Below, piece after piece: positions 27,762 to 36,543 of a stretch of DNA of 63,262 bases (positions are counted from its first letter, which is position 1; each line of letters begins with the position of its first letter). Location: the NCBI GenBank assembly GCA_034723545.1, contig JAYEPA010000262.1, positions 1 to 63,262 of the forward strand, written 5' to 3'. The translations under genes were made by a program, and so were the position numbers. Origin of the DNA: Thermodesulfobacteriota bacterium (GTDB lineage Bacteria; Desulfobacterota; Desulfobulbia; Desulfobulbales; SURF-16). The notes beneath the pieces were generated by a model. That model was not told where the DNA came from, ran no database searches, and worked only from the letters and a program-made list of their open reading frames with translations.

Positions 27762-28598
27762 TCAGCAGCTTTCTACCACCTTACCCTGTTCGTCAAAGCG
27801 GCACGCCTTCATGAAAATATCATGATAAAAAGTAAACCATGCCCCCTTTTTAATATAGCCCGGCATGAGTTTTTCCTTGAGATCAATAACCTCAAGGGGA
27901 AAATTGTCATAGGCCATGATCCACAGGGGATGGGAATGAATATGGGTAGGCAGCAGATCGGCCATGTGAACAGCAGTTTTTCCATGGGAACTGATTTCGA
28001 CAATCTGATGACCGCGGGTGTGGCCGCCGGTAAAAATAACGCGGATGCCCTCGCAAACATCCTGGTCTCCATCGGTCAGTAGCAGGTTTTCACTCTCCTT
28101 CAGTTCGTTGAAGTTCACGGGCCAGTAAGTTTCCGCCGATCTTTTGCAGGGATGCAGCACGTCGTGCCATTCTTTTTCCTGAATCAGGTGTTTTGCCCGG
28201 GGAAAGGTTAGTTGCGTTTGTTCTTTTTCGTCAAACATATTGATTCCGCCGGCATGGTCAAAATCGCAATGGGTGAGGATGACATAGTCTATCTCTTTCC
28301 TGGTGATTCCCAGGGCTGCCAGGTCGTCAACCACGCTCCAGGGCTTGTTCACCCGGAAAATTTTGTTCTGCTTCGCGGTTAATTTATTGCCAAGCCCCGT
28401 ATCCACCAGAGCCAGACTATTCGGCGTTTTGATCAGCAGGACCGCATTAAGCATTTTGATGTAGTTGACGTTGTCGGCCGGAAATCTCCGGGACCAGAGC
28501 ACCTTGGGGACTGCGCCGAACATGGTTCCTCCGTCAAGTTCAAACTCGCCGCCGTTTAACCAGTGAATTTCAATATCGCCTATTTTGAGATGTGCCAT
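27762..28598 (-). CDS. MBL-fold metallo-hydrolase
   Basis: THCDFDHAGG motif (HxHxDH variant) with later His residues. Confidence 0.8.
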   Translation of the reverse strand: MAHLKIGDIEIHWLNGGEFELDGGTMFGAVPKVLWSRRFPADNVNYIKMLNAVLLIKTPNSLALVDTGLGNKLTAKQNKIFRVNKPWSVVDDLAALGITRKEIDYVILTHCDFDHAGGINMFDEKEQTQLTFPRAKHLIQEKEWHDVLHPCKRSAETYWPVNFNELKESENLLLTDGDQDVCEGIRVIFTGGHTRGHQIVEISSHGKTAVHMADLLPTHIHSHPLWIMAYDNFPLEVIDLKEKLMPGYIKKGAWFTFYHDIFMKACRFDEQGKVVESC

Positions 28599-28633
28599 CT
28601 GTTGTTTTCCTTCTGAATTTGCTTTTGATGAAT

Positions 28634-28752
28634 TCGTAAAAACTACAAATTAACCACAGAGCACACAGAGGTCACAAAGCTCACAAAGACAACTAATTAT
28701 AATAAAAAGAATTTCTCTGTGTTCTCTGTGGTGGAAAAAAGATTTTTTACGA
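28634..28752. repeat. 119-bp palindromic element in the MBL/rimO divergent spacer
   Basis: Outer stem tcgtaaaaa / tttttacga. Inner stem ccacagagcacacagag / ctctgtgttctctgtgg (16/17). The loop contains a tcacaaag direct repeat. Confidence 0.55.
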
Positions 28753-28817
28753 GCTCATCTTCTTACCATTTCGTAAAAAATATTGCAAAAGTCGACGAAA
28801 CAGCATTTACTTCAGCC

Positions 28818-30152
28818 ATGGAAAAAAAATTGTATCTTATCAGTCTTGGATGTCCGAAAAACCTGGTTGATTCCGAAGTGATGCTGGGGCTGTTGGCGGA
28901 GGATGGATACAGGGTCTGTTCGTCTCCGGAAGAGGCGGATCTTCTCCTGGTCAATACCTGTGGCTTTATCCAGCCTGCGGTTGAGGAGTCCATTGACGAA
29001 ATTCTCAGCCTGGGGCAGGTGAAGGATCGTCAGCCTGACGTCAAGTTGGTTGTCACCGGCTGTCTGGTTCAGCGCTACGGCGGACAATTGAGAGAACAGC
29101 TGCCCGAAGTTGATCTGTTCATTGGTACCGACGGTTTTCAGGATATTGCCACCGCAATAAAACGATTGGAACAGGGGCGCAAGCCTCTTTCTATGCCCCT
29201 AGAGCCTCTTTATATTATGGACAGTTCCGTGCCACGACAAATTTCGACTCCCGGGCACCGGGCTTATCTGAAAATCAGTGAGGGCTGTTTGAACCGTTGT
29301 GCGTTTTGTCTGATTCCGTCTTTGAGGGGGGGGCTCAGGAGCCGTCCGATTGCGGATCTTATTATAGAGGCAAAACGGCTTGAAGAGCAGGGAGTGAAAG
29401 AATTGACTCTGGTTGGCCAGGATCTGACGGCTTACGGCCTTGATCTGGGGCGAAACCATCCGGGCCTGACTGATTTGATCGAACAGCTTCTGGCAGCCTG
29501 CGACATTCCCTGGATCAGGCTGCTCTATCTTTATCCCGGCCGGCTTGGTGAGGATCTGCTTCACCTTGTGGCTGCAGAGCCGAGGTTGCTTTCCTATCTG
29601 GATCTTCCGCTCCAGCATGTCAGTGATTCGGTTTTAAAACGGATGAATCGTCCCTTTGGCCGGGCTCATATCCTTGACGTGGTCGAAAAGATACGTCAAA
29701 TCGTTCCTCGTGCGGCGATTCGGTCGACTTTTATGGTGGGATTCCCCGGTGAAACGGAAAAGGATGTTCGTTGCCTGGAGAATTTTATGACAGCCTGCCG
29801 GTTGGATCATGTCGGGATTTTCACCTATAGTAATGAGGAAGGCTGTACTGCTGAAAAATTGCCGAATCAATGTTCGGAAGAAGAAAAAGAGGAAAGACGG
29901 CATCGGCTGATGGAGATTCAGGCCAAAATTTCACTTGAAAAAAATCAGAAAAGGGTGGGGTCAACAATGCAGGTTCTTGTCGAGGGAGTGAGTCCTGAAA
30001 CGGATTTGTTGCTTGAGGGGCGTGCTCGTTTTCAGGCTCCCGAGATTGACGGGTGTATCTACATCACTGACGGTCATTGCAATGGTGGTGATTTGGTCAA
30101 TGTTGAGATAACCGAGGCTTACACTTATGATCTGGCCGGCAGAATTGTTTGA
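28818..30152 (+). CDS. rimO: ribosomal protein S12 methylthiotransferase RimO
   Basis: MEKKLYLISLGCPKNLVDSE N-terminus, radical-SAM CLNRCAFC motif and a C-terminal TRAM-like end. The track ORF begins at GTG 28719, inside a palindromic repeat. Confidence 0.9.
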   Translation: MEKKLYLISLGCPKNLVDSEVMLGLLAEDGYRVCSSPEEADLLLVNTCGFIQPAVEESIDEILSLGQVKDRQPDVKLVVTGCLVQRYGGQLREQLPEVDLFIGTDGFQDIATAIKRLEQGRKPLSMPLEPLYIMDSSVPRQISTPGHRAYLKISEGCLNRCAFCLIPSLRGGLRSRPIADLIIEAKRLEEQGVKELTLVGQDLTAYGLDLGRNHPGLTDLIEQLLAACDIPWIRLLYLYPGRLGEDLLHLVAAEPRLLSYLDLPLQHVSDSVLKRMNRPFGRAHILDVVEKIRQIVPRAAIRSTFMVGFPGETEKDVRCLENFMTACRLDHVGIFTYSNEEGCTAEKLPNQCSEEEKEERRHRLMEIQAKISLEKNQKRVGSTMQVLVEGVSPETDLLLEGRARFQAPEIDGCIYITDGHCNGGDLVNVEITEAYTYDLAGRIV

Positions 30153-30230
30153 TGGCCTGGGGTTAAAACTTACGCAAACCGATGATCATTTGATAATAGT
30201 GGTCAGGGTGAAAGAGAAGAACTCCTCTGG

Positions 30231-30506
30231 TTATGAATTAACCCGTTCCTTCAATTCCTTGCCGACTTTGAAAAAAGGCAGCTTTTTGGGAGGGACTTCG
30301 ATTTTCTGGCCGGTTTTGGGGTTTCTGCCCTGATAGGATTTATATTCCTTGACAATAAAGCTGCCAAAACCACGCAGTTCGATGCTGTCGCCCTTTGCCA
30401 GAGTGTCAATCATTAAGTCCAGGATCGTGTTGGTGACCGCGCTTGCTTCCCGCAGAGGCAGCTTCGTTTCCCGGGAAATCATCTCGATCAAGCCCGATTT
30501 GTTCAT
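30231..30506 (-). CDS. HU/IHF family DNA-binding protein (IHF-like)
   Basis: 91 aa with RGFGSF and GRNPKTGQKIEVP motifs. Confidence 0.85.
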   Translation of the reverse strand: MNKSGLIEMISRETKLPLREASAVTNTILDLMIDTLAKGDSIELRGFGSFIVKEYKSYQGRNPKTGQKIEVPPKKLPFFKVGKELKERVNS

Positions 30507-30705
30507 TTCATTCTCTCCAAATTGCTGGCTTTAAAAAAGGCAAAAATATGAAATTCCGTTAAGCCTTTCTCTGTATGCTGTCAACGGGACCAAAAAATTC
30601 CATTAAACGTAGCGATATATAAATCATTGAAAAATAGTTCAAACCACATCAGGGACTTATTTAAAACCATCATATAACACTAAGTCTTGGAATGTAAAGA
30701 GAATT

Positions 30706-31419
30706 TTATTGTGAAAAAATTTTTTTCAGATCTTTTTTGCTGAGGAAGCGATATTTGCCCTTTGGCAGAGAGCCCAGTTTCAGACCCCCGTACGCGATGC
30801 GTTTCAGTTCCAGCACCCGGTGGCCAATGGCTGCAAACATTTTCCGCACCTGGCGTTTTCTGCCTTCATGTATCGTTATTTCAATGGAGGAGGTCCTGGC
30901 TTCGGTATTGAAAATCCTGAGGCGGGCTGGCGATGTTTTTCTTCCCTCTAACTCAATTCCTGTTGTAAGTTGCTGTAATTTTGTTTGATTCGGCTGGCCG
31001 GCAACCTTTGCTACATAGGTTTTGTTGATCTCAAAACTGGGGTGGAGAATGCGCTGGGCCAGCTCGCCGTCATTTGTCAGGATCAGAGCGCCTTCCGTGT
31101 CCAGATCAAGCCGGCCTACCGGGAAAACCCGGCTGGATATTTTTTTCAGGAGTGAAGTGACAATCGGTCTGCCCTGGGGGTCGTTCAGGGTGGTGACATA
31201 GCCTGCTGGTTTGTTGAGAAGAATGTAAATCTTTTTTTCCGGGGAAGAAACAGGCTTGGAGTTAAATTCGATGAGATGGTGATCAGGGTCAACCTTTATG
31301 CCCATTTCGGTGACGATGCGTCCGTCAATGGCAACCCGACCTTCTTTGATGAATTTTTCGGCTTTGCGGCGGGAGCAGACGCCGGCCCCGGCAAGAATTT
31401 TTTGCAGCCTTTCTTTCAT
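30706..31419 (-). CDS. rluB: pseudouridine synthase, RsuA/RluB family
   Basis: N-terminal S4 domain (RLQKILAGAGVCSRRKAE) and catalytic GRLDLDTEGALILTNDG motif. Confidence 0.85.
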   Translation of the reverse strand: MKERLQKILAGAGVCSRRKAEKFIKEGRVAIDGRIVTEMGIKVDPDHHLIEFNSKPVSSPEKKIYILLNKPAGYVTTLNDPQGRPIVTSLLKKISSRVFPVGRLDLDTEGALILTNDGELAQRILHPSFEINKTYVAKVAGQPNQTKLQQLTTGIELEGRKTSPARLRIFNTEARTSSIEITIHEGRKRQVRKMFAAIGHRVLELKRIAYGGLKLGSLPKGKYRFLSKKDLKKIFSQ

Positions 31420-31497
31420 GAATCGGCTTTGGGAGAAGAGTAAGCAGTCGTCAGGCAGCTCTTATTATCAGCAATTATTGTAAAGCCGTGCTGAAGT

Positions 31498-31929
31498 TTA
31501 ATTGCTGTAATCGCCGCGATGATATTTTGCTGTTTCCAGATAGGTGACGGTGGCGACCCTGTCCAGCAGGCCTGCAAGGGGATCTTCGCCGGATATTTTT
31601 TCTCTTATGGCCAGAATGGCGGAGGTTTCCTCTTCCATGGCGGAAATAAAGGGACGCAGGTCTTCTGTGTTAAGATTTGGATTTTGTAAGGCCGTGCCAT
31701 AGGAATCCAGGGTGTTGATGGCGTTTTCCGTCATCGCCAGGCTTTCAAGGCGAAGCGAGGAATCCGTGGGGGCTGCCGCAGATACGGAGGCCACGGGAGA
31801 ACTTGCTTTATTTTCGGTGATAGCACCCAGCTTGGCATTCAGCAGATCGTTGAAGCTGGTTTCCGCTGTCTGTTGAGTCTTGCCAGGGACTTTTTCTGTA
31901 ATTTGTGGGGTGATTTCGTTTATTTTCAT
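31498..31929 (-). CDS. hypothetical protein
   Basis: ORF with a GAGGAG RBS before the ATG at 31929. Low-complexity Ser/Ala-rich centre. No family recognised. Confidence 0.5.
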   Translation of the reverse strand: MKINEITPQITEKVPGKTQQTAETSFNDLLNAKLGAITENKASSPVASVSAAAPTDSSLRLESLAMTENAINTLDSYGTALQNPNLNTEDLRPFISAMEEETSAILAIREKISGEDPLAGLLDRVATVTYLETAKYHRGDYSN

Positions 31930-32001
31930 GGGGCTCCTCATCTTTTTCTATATAAATTAACTTCTCGGTCCTGATTGGGTCAAGCTTTAATAAAAAAAGA
32001 G

Positions 32002-32160
32002 GTAACTGCTCACAGGGCACCGAATCTTTCCGCGATCAGGCTGGTTCACGTATAACCACATACGCTACGCCAGCCTGATTACGAAAATCTCCGGCACCCT
32101 GGAAACAGTTACAATTACGGCGGCTTGCGCAAATAAGGCGCTTGCCCCGTGAGTAGTTAC
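32002..32160. mobile_element. 159-bp MITE-like element with related GTAACT...AGTTAC termini
   Basis: Termini gtaactgctcacagggc / gccccgtgagtagttac. Flanks share aaaagag (7 nt). An internal gtaac-like half site lies at about 32108. Confidence 0.65.
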
Positions 32161-32221
32161 AAAAGAGAAGAGATTACCTTTTTAGTTGATTTTATCCAAA
32201 AAAGACATTTTTTATCAACCA

Positions 32222-34000
32222 TCAACGTAATTTGGCCGGCAGGATTTTTTGAATTTTGGAATCCACCAGTTTTTTCGTGGCCCGATCCACCTCAAGTACC
32301 TCGGGATACCAGGGTTTCATGCGGCAATCAAAGACAATAGGCGGCTTCAATCCCACATGATAACGGGTCAGTGATGTATGGGAAGTGTAAATGTCCGCCG
32401 CCGGTTCAAAACGGGTGAAAAAGGTCCAGATAAATTCCTGGATGTTTCTCGTTGCTTCGGCCGTGGAGTCAACCAGCAGAACCACCGGCCAATCGCTCAG
32501 GTCAGCGTGCTCGGCCAGCCGTTCGGGAAGCTTTTTGTCATCCTCATAGGATGAGCCCTGGACGACCAGGGTTCCCGGGAGGTAGACGACCGGATTGGCG
32601 CAGCCTTGGGGCAGTGTCCCCTGAAAAGACCTGGGCAACGGGTTTCTGATTTCTTTCCCCAGTCCCATGAGCAGGGCCTTGGAGCCATTGTTCACCGATG
32701 GGCCGGTGTAATCCAGGGTGTCCTGGGAAACATTGGCAAAGATAAACAGGTCTTTTTCCCAGTCCACCCGTTCCAGGACGTGCACCCAGAGTTCGGCAAA
32801 GTCGGTGATGTTGATATCTCCATCGGTGAGGATCAAGAATTTGGTAAGTGACAACTGGCCTTCGCCCAGGATACGCAGGCCCGAGGCAAAGGCCTCCCTT
32901 GGATAACGGTCTGCTATCCGGGCTGCGGCCAGACAGTGAAATCCGGCCTCGCCAAAGGTTTTGAGTTCCCGAACTCCGCTCATTACCAGCGGGAAAAGAG
33001 GGCAAAGCAGATCCTGGAGGAAATCGCCAATGAAATAATCCTCCTGCCTGGGACGGCCGACCACGGTGGCCGGGTATATGGCATCTTTACGGTGATAAAC
33101 CCGGTCCACCTGGAAGATCGGATAATCATGGGTCAGGGAATTGTAGCCGTAATGATCGCCGAACGGTCCTTCCGGATGCCGCACGTGGGGCGGAACGCTT
33201 CCCGTGGCTGCGAATTCGGCAAAGGCGGCCAGCCGGTGTCCTCCGGTCGGGTCTTTCGTCAATTGCAGTTTTTCTCCCAGCAGCAGGGAGGCCAGCATGA
33301 GTTCCGGCAGGTTCTCGGGCAGGGGAGCGATGGCCGCCATCATCAGGGCCGGAGGTCCGCCGATGAAAAGGCTCATGGGCAGGGCTTCGTTCCGTTGCTC
33401 CGCTTCATAATAATGATAGCCGCCTCCCTTGTGAATTTGCCAGTGAATGCCGGTGGTGGCGTCATCATAGCGCTGGATGCGGTACATGCCGAGATTATGG
33501 CCCCGGCCTCCGGGATGTTCGGTGTAGACCAGGGGCAGGGTGACAAAGGCGCCGCCGTCACTGTGCCACGAGGTGAGCATGGGCAGTTCTGTGAGACGGG
33601 GCGGGGACATGCATTCTTCGAGAATCGGCGCATTTTTAATGGTTTTTGTGCCGACTTTAAAGGCCTGTCCCGCCAGGCCGCGCAGGGACCAGATCTTGCC
33701 AAGGGTCGGAGGCATGATGGTTTCCACCGTTTTGACCATCTCCGTGACAAACTGTTGCGGTTTGCGGCCAAAGGCCAGCTCCAGTCTTTTCGGTGTGCCG
33801 AAAAGGTTGGTCACCACCGGGAAACGGCTGTTTTTGACGTTGGAGAAGAACAGGGCCGGCCCGGATTGGCTGATGACCCGCCGGTGAATCTCGGCAATTT
33901 CAAGATGCGGGTCAACCGGGACCTTGATTTCCAGCAGGTCGTCCTCTTTTTTTAGAATGTCTAAAAAGGCTCGAAGATCTTTTATAATTTTACCACTCAC
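32222..34000 (-). CDS. UbiD family decarboxylase
   Basis: 592 aa with NLGMYR, IHWQIHKGGG and long UbiD-like architecture. Confidence 0.9.
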   Translation of the reverse strand: MSGKIIKDLRAFLDILKKEDDLLEIKVPVDPHLEIAEIHRRVISQSGPALFFSNVKNSRFPVVTNLFGTPKRLELAFGRKPQQFVTEMVKTVETIMPPTLGKIWSLRGLAGQAFKVGTKTIKNAPILEECMSPPRLTELPMLTSWHSDGGAFVTLPLVYTEHPGGRGHNLGMYRIQRYDDATTGIHWQIHKGGGYHYYEAEQRNEALPMSLFIGGPPALMMAAIAPLPENLPELMLASLLLGEKLQLTKDPTGGHRLAAFAEFAATGSVPPHVRHPEGPFGDHYGYNSLTHDYPIFQVDRVYHRKDAIYPATVVGRPRQEDYFIGDFLQDLLCPLFPLVMSGVRELKTFGEAGFHCLAAARIADRYPREAFASGLRILGEGQLSLTKFLILTDGDINITDFAELWVHVLERVDWEKDLFIFANVSQDTLDYTGPSVNNGSKALLMGLGKEIRNPLPRSFQGTLPQGCANPVVYLPGTLVVQGSSYEDDKKLPERLAEHADLSDWPVVLLVDSTAEATRNIQEFIWTFFTRFEPAADIYTSHTSLTRYHVGLKPPIVFDCRMKPWYPEVLEVDRATKKLVDSKIQKILPAKLR

Positions 34001-34078
34001 TGCGTTCTACTCCTTGGCCAATCTTTGTAATTTTGCTATTCTGATAAAAGGATTTTGAAACAGGATAGACTGTCAGTG

Positions 34079-34339
34079 TTATTTTTTCTCTTTTTTCTCG
34101 GCAAGGAAAAGACGGTGGTATTCATTTTCCCGCAGATGTTTGTGCATGATGCCGGTTAAGAAGTCTAGAGTTGCCGTGATGTCGTCATCCGACATTCTGG
34201 GAATGAGGGTGGCCAGCAGGGCATCATTGCTAAATCTTTTTAAAAAGGCAGCTAGTGACCTGCAATCCATCTCGTGATTGAGTCCAAAGCAGATTTCCGA
34301 GAATTGACAGGCAAGTTGCACTTCTGATTGTTTTTTCAT
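34079..34339 (-). CDS. hypothetical small protein
   Basis: 86-aa ORF divergent from the PilZ gene. No family recognised. Confidence 0.5.
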   Translation of the reverse strand: MKKQSEVQLACQFSEICFGLNHEMDCRSLAAFLKRFSNDALLATLIPRMSDDDITATLDFLTGIMHKHLRENEYHRLFLAEKKEKK

Positions 34340-34377
34340 GATTTATAGTAAGTTTCAAGATTTGAAAATAAAAACAA

Positions 34378-35127
34378 ATGACTTTTCAAAATAATAAAAA
34401 GATTAATCCGGCCGCCAAAACAGGCTGGGTTGCCTGGAAACGTGGTTATGAGGTCACTCAATCAACCGCCATTATTGAACATTGTCTGAGGCGGTTGAAA
34501 AATGATGGTGTCATGGTTGTGTTGTATGCCAAAGGCTACCAGTCACAGGCCACGATCATTTATGCTATTCAAGAGCGGCAAATATTAATAGACAAGCCCA
34601 AAGACTGGCCGGAAGTGAATAAAATTAAAGTTGTTTTCAAGGATGGAGCCGATTTGTGGAATCATTTTCACGCCCCTGTCCTGTCAGTTTCAAGGGATGG
34701 GCTGTGTCTGCGAAAACCCACGGCAATGTTCATGCTCCAACGGAGAACGCTTTTTCGTGTCAGGACGCCCCAGGGAAGTAAGGCCACTTTTAAGTATAAT
34801 AAGAAAAAATGCAAGTTTAAAGTGTTGGATATTAGCGCCGGCGGCATGTTGGTCTCGGCCGAACAGGATCACGGGGTTGACCTGTATGGCAAAATCATCA
34901 AGGAAATTTTAATCACTCTTCCCGGGAATTCCGGAACAAAACAGGTGAGACAAAAGGCTGTGCGTTTCACCGTGCCGGAGGGAAAGGTGGTGCGGAGTAT
35001 GAAAATCCCGGGAACGGAGCAGGAACAATTCGGTATTCGTCTTTTTTCGGGAGCAAAAGAGGAAAGACGCATTCTTCAATATGTCCGGCAACGGGAACTG
35101 CAAGTAATGCGCAAAAGCTTTGAGTGA
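34378..35127 (+). CDS. PilZ domain-containing protein
   Basis: RRTLFRV (RxxxR) followed by DISAGGM (DxSxxG), the c-di-GMP-binding PilZ signature, in the C-terminal half. Confidence 0.7.
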   Translation: MTFQNNKKINPAAKTGWVAWKRGYEVTQSTAIIEHCLRRLKNDGVMVVLYAKGYQSQATIIYAIQERQILIDKPKDWPEVNKIKVVFKDGADLWNHFHAPVLSVSRDGLCLRKPTAMFMLQRRTLFRVRTPQGSKATFKYNKKKCKFKVLDISAGGMLVSAEQDHGVDLYGKIIKEILITLPGNSGTKQVRQKAVRFTVPEGKVVRSMKIPGTEQEQFGIRLFSGAKEERRILQYVRQRELQVMRKSFE

Positions 35128-35133
35128 GCCCTT

Positions 35134-35532
35134 TCAGCTTGAGATTCGCCAGAGCACCTTCCTTGTCCGGGGCCCGTCAAATTCACAGAAATATATTTTC
35201 TGCCATGTGCCGAGGACAAGCCTGTTGTTTTCGATGAAAATCATCTCCGAACAGCCGAAAAGCGAAGACAGGACGTGGGAAGGCGAGTTGCCCTCCATGT
35301 GCTGATAGGCAAGCTCAAAGGGAATGATCTCTTTTAATGCCTTGATAATATCCGTTTGCACGGTCGGATCCGCCCCCTCATTGATTGTCAAACCGGCTGT
35401 TGTGTGTGGATTGTAGAGATGGCAGATGCCGTTTTGAATGGAGCTCTTTGCGATCTCTTTTGCCACTTGGGGCGTAATGTCAATAAGTTCCATGTACTTT
35501 GATGAAGATACGGAAAATTGTCCGCTGTTCAT
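35134..35532 (-). CDS. yjbQ: YjbQ/UPF0047 family (secondary thiamine-phosphate synthase) protein
   Basis: HTTAGLTINEGADP and GPRTRKV motifs. GAGGAG RBS before the ATG at 35532. The frame stays open to GTG 35676, but the extension has no family resemblance. Confidence 0.8.
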   Translation of the reverse strand: MNSGQFSVSSSKYMELIDITPQVAKEIAKSSIQNGICHLYNPHTTAGLTINEGADPTVQTDIIKALKEIIPFELAYQHMEGNSPSHVLSSLFGCSEMIFIENNRLVLGTWQKIYFCEFDGPRTRKVLWRISS

Positions 35533-35829
35533 GTGGTTCTCCTCGTTCAATAAGGCATAAAATACGTCAATAGCATTCTGCAGACAGCGTAGCCTGGCAC
35601 TGAGCATTTTTGTAGCCGTTTTGTTCAATTTACCAGTTCCCAGCCTCTTTCGCAGTATTTCATCCAGAATATCCACTTTTTTTCAGAAGGAAGAGTTCTC
35701 CGGCACCTATCTGTACAAGATGCCGGCCCTGGTTTGGTGAAAAATTGCTCAATTTTATCGAATATGGTAGGTTGCCCAGAAATTTTAATCAGGGTAGATT
35801 TTTTTGTCATGTCAACGGGAGATTGAAAA

Positions 35830-36462
35830 ATGATTGAGGATATCTTAAAGAGACTTCAGTGGCTGGGCCATGATGCTTTTCTTCTCCAGGCCGGAGGTCA
35901 GACGATTTATTTTGATCCTTTTCAGCTGAGCGGAGATCTGCCGCCGGCGGACCTGATTCTGGTGACCCACGATCATTTTGACCACTGTTCTGAAGAGGAT
36001 ATTGCCAAAATTCAGCAACCGGAGACAATAATTGTCACGGAACCGCAGTCGGCAAAAAAATTGACAGGTCATGTTACAACCCTGTTGCCGGGCGAAAGTT
36101 GCGAAGCAGGCAACATCAGTATCACTGCGGTGCCTTCCTATAATATTGATAAAAAATTTCATCCCAGGGCCAACAACTGGCTTGGTTTTATCGTCACGGT
36201 TGAAGGTGTTCGTATCTATCATGCCGGTGACACGGATTACATTCCGGAACTAAAGGAAATTGAGACAGATATTGCCCTGCTGCCGGTCTCAGGCACCTAT
36301 GTCATGACCGCAGATGAGGCGATTCAGGCCGCCCTTGACATTAATCCTCAAGTGGCGATTCCCATGCATTATGGCTCTATTGTCGGAGATGAAAAGGATG
36401 CTCAGCGATTTGCCGAAGGGCTTGAAGGCAAGATCCGGGTGGAAATCCCTGTGTTGAAATAA
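35830..36462 (+). CDS. MBL-fold metallo-hydrolase (UPF0173-like)
   Basis: LVTHDHFDH motif; 210 aa. Confidence 0.8.
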   Translation: MIEDILKRLQWLGHDAFLLQAGGQTIYFDPFQLSGDLPPADLILVTHDHFDHCSEEDIAKIQQPETIIVTEPQSAKKLTGHVTTLLPGESCEAGNISITAVPSYNIDKKFHPRANNWLGFIVTVEGVRIYHAGDTDYIPELKEIETDIALLPVSGTYVMTADEAIQAALDINPQVAIPMHYGSIVGDEKDAQRFAEGLEGKIRVEIPVLK

Positions 36463-36477
36463 AACGGATTACTATTT

Positions 36478-36536
36478 TGAACCTTGAACCTTGAACCTTA
36501 AACCTTGAACCTTGAACCTTAAACTTTAAACCTCAC
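36478..36536 (+). repeat. 8-unit heptad tandem array (ACCTTGA/ACCTTAA)
   Basis: accttga accttga accttaa accttga accttga accttaa actttaa acctcac. Ends 7 nt before the ATG at 36544. Confidence 0.8.
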
Positions 36537-36543
36537 TAATAAA

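Noticed and set aside
28719-28817. N-terminal extensions suggested by the ORF track for rimO (28719), the OMP (6136), the surA-like gene (46351), the APH-like gene (60641) and yjbQ (35676)
   Set aside because: The extensions run through repeats or neighbouring genes and lack family similarity. Internal ATGs with good RBS coincide with the conserved N-termini or signal peptides.
32936-33955. 339-aa ORF antisense to the UbiD-family gene. Similar long antisense ORFs occur at 55332-56327 (lysS), 42469-43302 (jag), 57886-58578 (metK), 59897-60493 (ahcY), 48243-48983 (mfd) and 41238-41882 (yidC).
   Set aside because: In each case the opposite strand encodes a protein with unmistakable conserved motifs. 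The antisense translations are Gly/Arg/Pro-rich with no recognisable motifs or RBS.
35625-35810. 61-aa ORF on the - strand in the yjbQ/MBL divergent spacer
   Set aside because: It has no RBS, overlaps the probable promoter region and the doubtful yjbQ extension, and has no recognisable motifs.
36478-36536. CRISPR array for the short tandem repeats (also 53541-53590 and 26744-27039)
   Set aside because: The units are 7-8 nt and directly abutting, with no spacers. There is no repeat of 23-50 nt and there are no cas genes.
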